The translations under genes were made by a program, and so were the position numbers. A DNA stretch of 63,266 bases, the filler included, from Deltaproteobacteria bacterium (GTDB lineage Bacteria; JAUYMQ01): NCBI GenBank assembly GCA_030698575.1. It is 13 parts of 13 records of this genome, joined end to end, with 100 filler letters (N's around TTAATTAATTAA, not from the genome) between each part and the next. Parts side by side here need not be neighbours in the genome. Positions count along the whole stretch, not along the records: positions 58,888 to 63,266 come from JAUYMQ010000440.1; 12 more parts are not named here. The stretch is one strand, 5' to 3'. Numbering within the stretch: the stretch's first letter is position 1; each line of letters begins with the position of its first letter. The notes beneath the pieces were generated by a model. It had not been told where the DNA came from, did not search any database, and saw nothing but the letters and a program-made list of their open reading frames with translations. Positions 61,247 to 63,266 of this stretch are shown here, piece by piece.

Positions 61247-61822
61247 TCAGTAGTGGCAGGTCGTGCAATCGGTCGGCGCACTCGCGATTTTGGCCGCGCC
61301 GGCCGTATTCTTGTGGCAGTTGATGCACCAGTTCATCTGCAATGGCTGGTTGAGCGAGATCACGTCCATCTCCTGGACGGGGCCATGACATGTCTGACAG
61401 GCGATCTCCGCCCGGATGTGCGCCTCGTGCTTGAACTGTGCGTACTGCGGAAGGTAGTAGACGCGCGCCCAGGGAATGGGCTCCTTCTTCTCCCAGTACT
61501 CGAAGAGCTGCTTGACGCCCGGCTTCTCGAGACTCGCTGTCATGTACTGGTGGCACCCCATGCAGACCGAAACCGCCGGCACGCCCGCAAGCTGGGACCT
61601 GCCCGTCCCTGCGTGGCAGTGCAGGCACTCGATCTGATTCACGCCGGCGTGGATGCGATGGCTGAAATTTTCGATCGGTTGCTTGGGACCGGTGTTGCGC
61701 GCACCAAGTCCGACGCTCAGCGCGAGGAGGATTGTGACGAACGCTAGACCCGTAGTGACCAGACGAGGCGCGGCGTGTTCGGTGAGGAACACGAAGCGCC
61801 TCGCATTCCGTAGCTGAGGCAT
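61247..61822 (-). CDS. actA: Pentaheme cytochrome c, ActA-like
   Basis: N-terminal TM; five CxxCH motifs; PKQPI.NFSH, MNWCINCH, DCTTCHY. Confidence 0.88.
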   Translation of the reverse strand: MPQLRNARRFVFLTEHAAPRLVTTGLAFVTILLALSVGLGARNTGPKQPIENFSHRIHAGVNQIECLHCHAGTGRSQLAGVPAVSVCMGCHQYMTASLEKPGVKQLFEYWEKKEPIPWARVYYLPQYAQFKHEAHIRAEIACQTCHGPVQEMDVISLNQPLQMNWCINCHKNTAGAAKIASAPTDCTTCHY

Positions 61823-61975
61823 CGATCTCCCCGGGATTGGCGCCGGCAATTTACCCGGGAAGTCCGCCAGTAGTCAAGGGCCGGCAGGAATAAATCCACG
61901 CCCTTCGGCCTTGAAGGCACATGAAGGCGTAACGCCCCAGCCCAATAATGGATCGTGAAGTGCAATCGGCGGGAA

Positions 61976-62851
61976 TCAGCCCTCCCGCCCGAATCCGAGG
62001 CGGGAAGCGCGGTGTGCCGGGGCGACGGGCGCGGCGGCAACCCTGCTTCCCTGGGCCGTGGCGCCCGCCGGCTGCTCCATGGCCGGGCCAAGAGCGAACA
62101 CGCGGTCTCCGAGCGCCGCCAGCATGCGCGCGGAGCGCGACGGCGCCGCGTACTCCCAGATCGTCTTCCCGTGGCTCTGCGCCTCCTCCATCTTCACGTC
62201 GTAGCGCAGCGGCTCCTCATGCACGCGTCCGGGGAAGTGCGCGTTGAGGCGCTCGACCACGGCATCGGCAAGCCGGGTGGGCCGGTAGAGGGTGGGTACG
62301 ATCAACCTGAGCGCGGGAGCGGGAAAACCCGGAGAGGCGGGGAGGCCGGACAGCGTCTTGACCAGCTCGGCGCACCCGTCCAGCGCGAGAAAACTCGCGT
62401 TCACGGGCACGATCAGCTCCTGTGCAGCGGCGAGGATGTTGAGCATCGTCGTGCCGAAGTTCGCGGGCGCGTCCATCAGCACGAAGTCGTATCCCGGGAG
62501 TCTGTCGAGGCAGCGGCGGAGGCGAAAATGCCGTTCCGGATCGGCGGCGGCGACGGTCGGGAAGAGGGCGATCGACTTGTTCGAGAGAATGACGTCGAGC
62601 CCCTCGAACCGGGTGCGGCGCACGAAGAGCCCGGGGTTGCGCTCCTCATCCAGGAGCATCTCGAGGGTCGTGCGCGTGTAGGCGCTGACGTCGTAACCGA
62701 GTGTTTTGCCCAGGTGACCCTGCGGATCGAGATCGATGAGGAGAACGCGCGCAGAACGGCGCGTCGCCAGGTGCGCGCCAAGGTGAACCGTGAGGGTGGT
62801 CTTGCAGGACCCCCCCTTCTCGTTGACGATCCCGATGCGCCGGGCCACCAC
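61976..62851 (-). CDS. ParA/Soj family ATPase
   Basis: NEKGGSCKTT, IDLDPQGH, DFVLMDAP, EAQSHGKTI; GGGAGG RBS. Confidence 0.92.
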   Translation of the reverse strand: MVARRIGIVNEKGGSCKTTLTVHLGAHLATRRSARVLLIDLDPQGHLGKTLGYDVSAYTRTTLEMLLDEERNPGLFVRRTRFEGLDVILSNKSIALFPTVAAADPERHFRLRRCLDRLPGYDFVLMDAPANFGTTMLNILAAAQELIVPVNASFLALDGCAELVKTLSGLPASPGFPAPALRLIVPTLYRPTRLADAVVERLNAHFPGRVHEEPLRYDVKMEEAQSHGKTIWEYAAPSRSARMLAALGDRVFALGPAMEQPAGATAQGSRVAAAPVAPAHRASRLGFGREG

Positions 62852-63086
62852 TCGCCTCCCATCGCGCCACGAGGGCGCCGCCGCCCCGGGGAGGGGCAGG
62901 CGGTCGAGTTGCGCTGCGGATCGCGCCTTTCGCGCAGCATACTCCGTGGGGCCCGGCCGGTGAAACAATAAAATAGAGCGTCGGGCGGGACTGTAGGGCA
63001 ATCCCTACCCCGCAGCGCGCGAGCGGGGCCGGCGACTTTGAGATAAGCCCCTGGAGTGGACGCACCGGACGAGCCGAGGCCCGCGC

Positions 63087-63238
63087 TCACCAGGGAATCA
63101 TGTTCCGCCCCAGCGCCGGCATAATCTTGTCGTAGAAGATCACGACGGTCGGCAGGACGGTGAAGGCAGCCTCATCGTCGCCCGCGATCGGGAACTGGAA
63201 AGCCACGCCCGCCTGATAGCGCTCCCGGCTGTAAACCA
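63087..63238 (-). pseudogene. C-terminal fragment of an unknown gene cut off by a putative IS end
   Basis: Frame VYSRERYQAGVAFQFP...GRNMIPW* has coding-like bias but hits a TAA inside the IS-like sequence upstream. Confidence 0.4.
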
Positions 63239-63266
63239 CATCGCCGTCAACTTAATTCTTCAGGAG
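63239..63266 (-). mobile_element. Probable right end of an IS4-family (ISH8-like) element
   Basis: CATCGCCGTCAACTTAA resembles CAT..CGTCAACTTAA-type IRs; minus-strand LLKN* stop falls inside the IR, as in the complete IS4 of this window. Confidence 0.45.

Noticed and set aside
58888-61822. ActA/ActB pair as a novel respiratory system
   Set aside because: Matches the known alternative complex III/Qrc-like architecture.

Overview
This window is not one locus. It is 13 short contigs from a GC-rich bacterial draft genome or MAG, joined by 100-nt artificial spacers (44 N + TTAATTAATTAA + 44 N), so adjacency across spacers means nothing. Gene content (sigma54 promoters, alternative complex III, NfeD/slipin, F420-type LLM) loosely suggests a deltaproteobacterial-grade organism; this is inference. 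Most contigs hold housekeeping or metabolic genes: serS-tRNA cluster-ffs-dnaX-ybaB-recR, argH-lysA, rsmD-coaD-aminotransferase-coaBC-nfeD, a CzcCBA-type pump, ActAB, cyclic beta-glucan synthase and a partner-switching module. Three things stand out. (1) Contig 28104-31911 is a run of tightly coupled orphan genes encoding basic proteins punctuated by a recurring basic-residue-Asn-Pro motif, plus C-terminally membrane-anchored proteins; it looks like a fragment of an unclassified, possibly membrane-containing virus. (2) Contig 43898-48712 carries a DUF4062 effector-like domain fused to a phospholipase D-like protein that has lost both HxK catalytic motifs. It lies between an attI-like site and an attC-like hairpin, next to a complete IS4 element inserted in a REP-like target. 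(3) A SerRS with a roughly 50-aa insertion in its tRNA-binding arm is followed by all four tRNA-Ser isoacceptors and a rare tRNA-Arg(GCG). Family assignments come from motif recognition by eye; no database searches were run.
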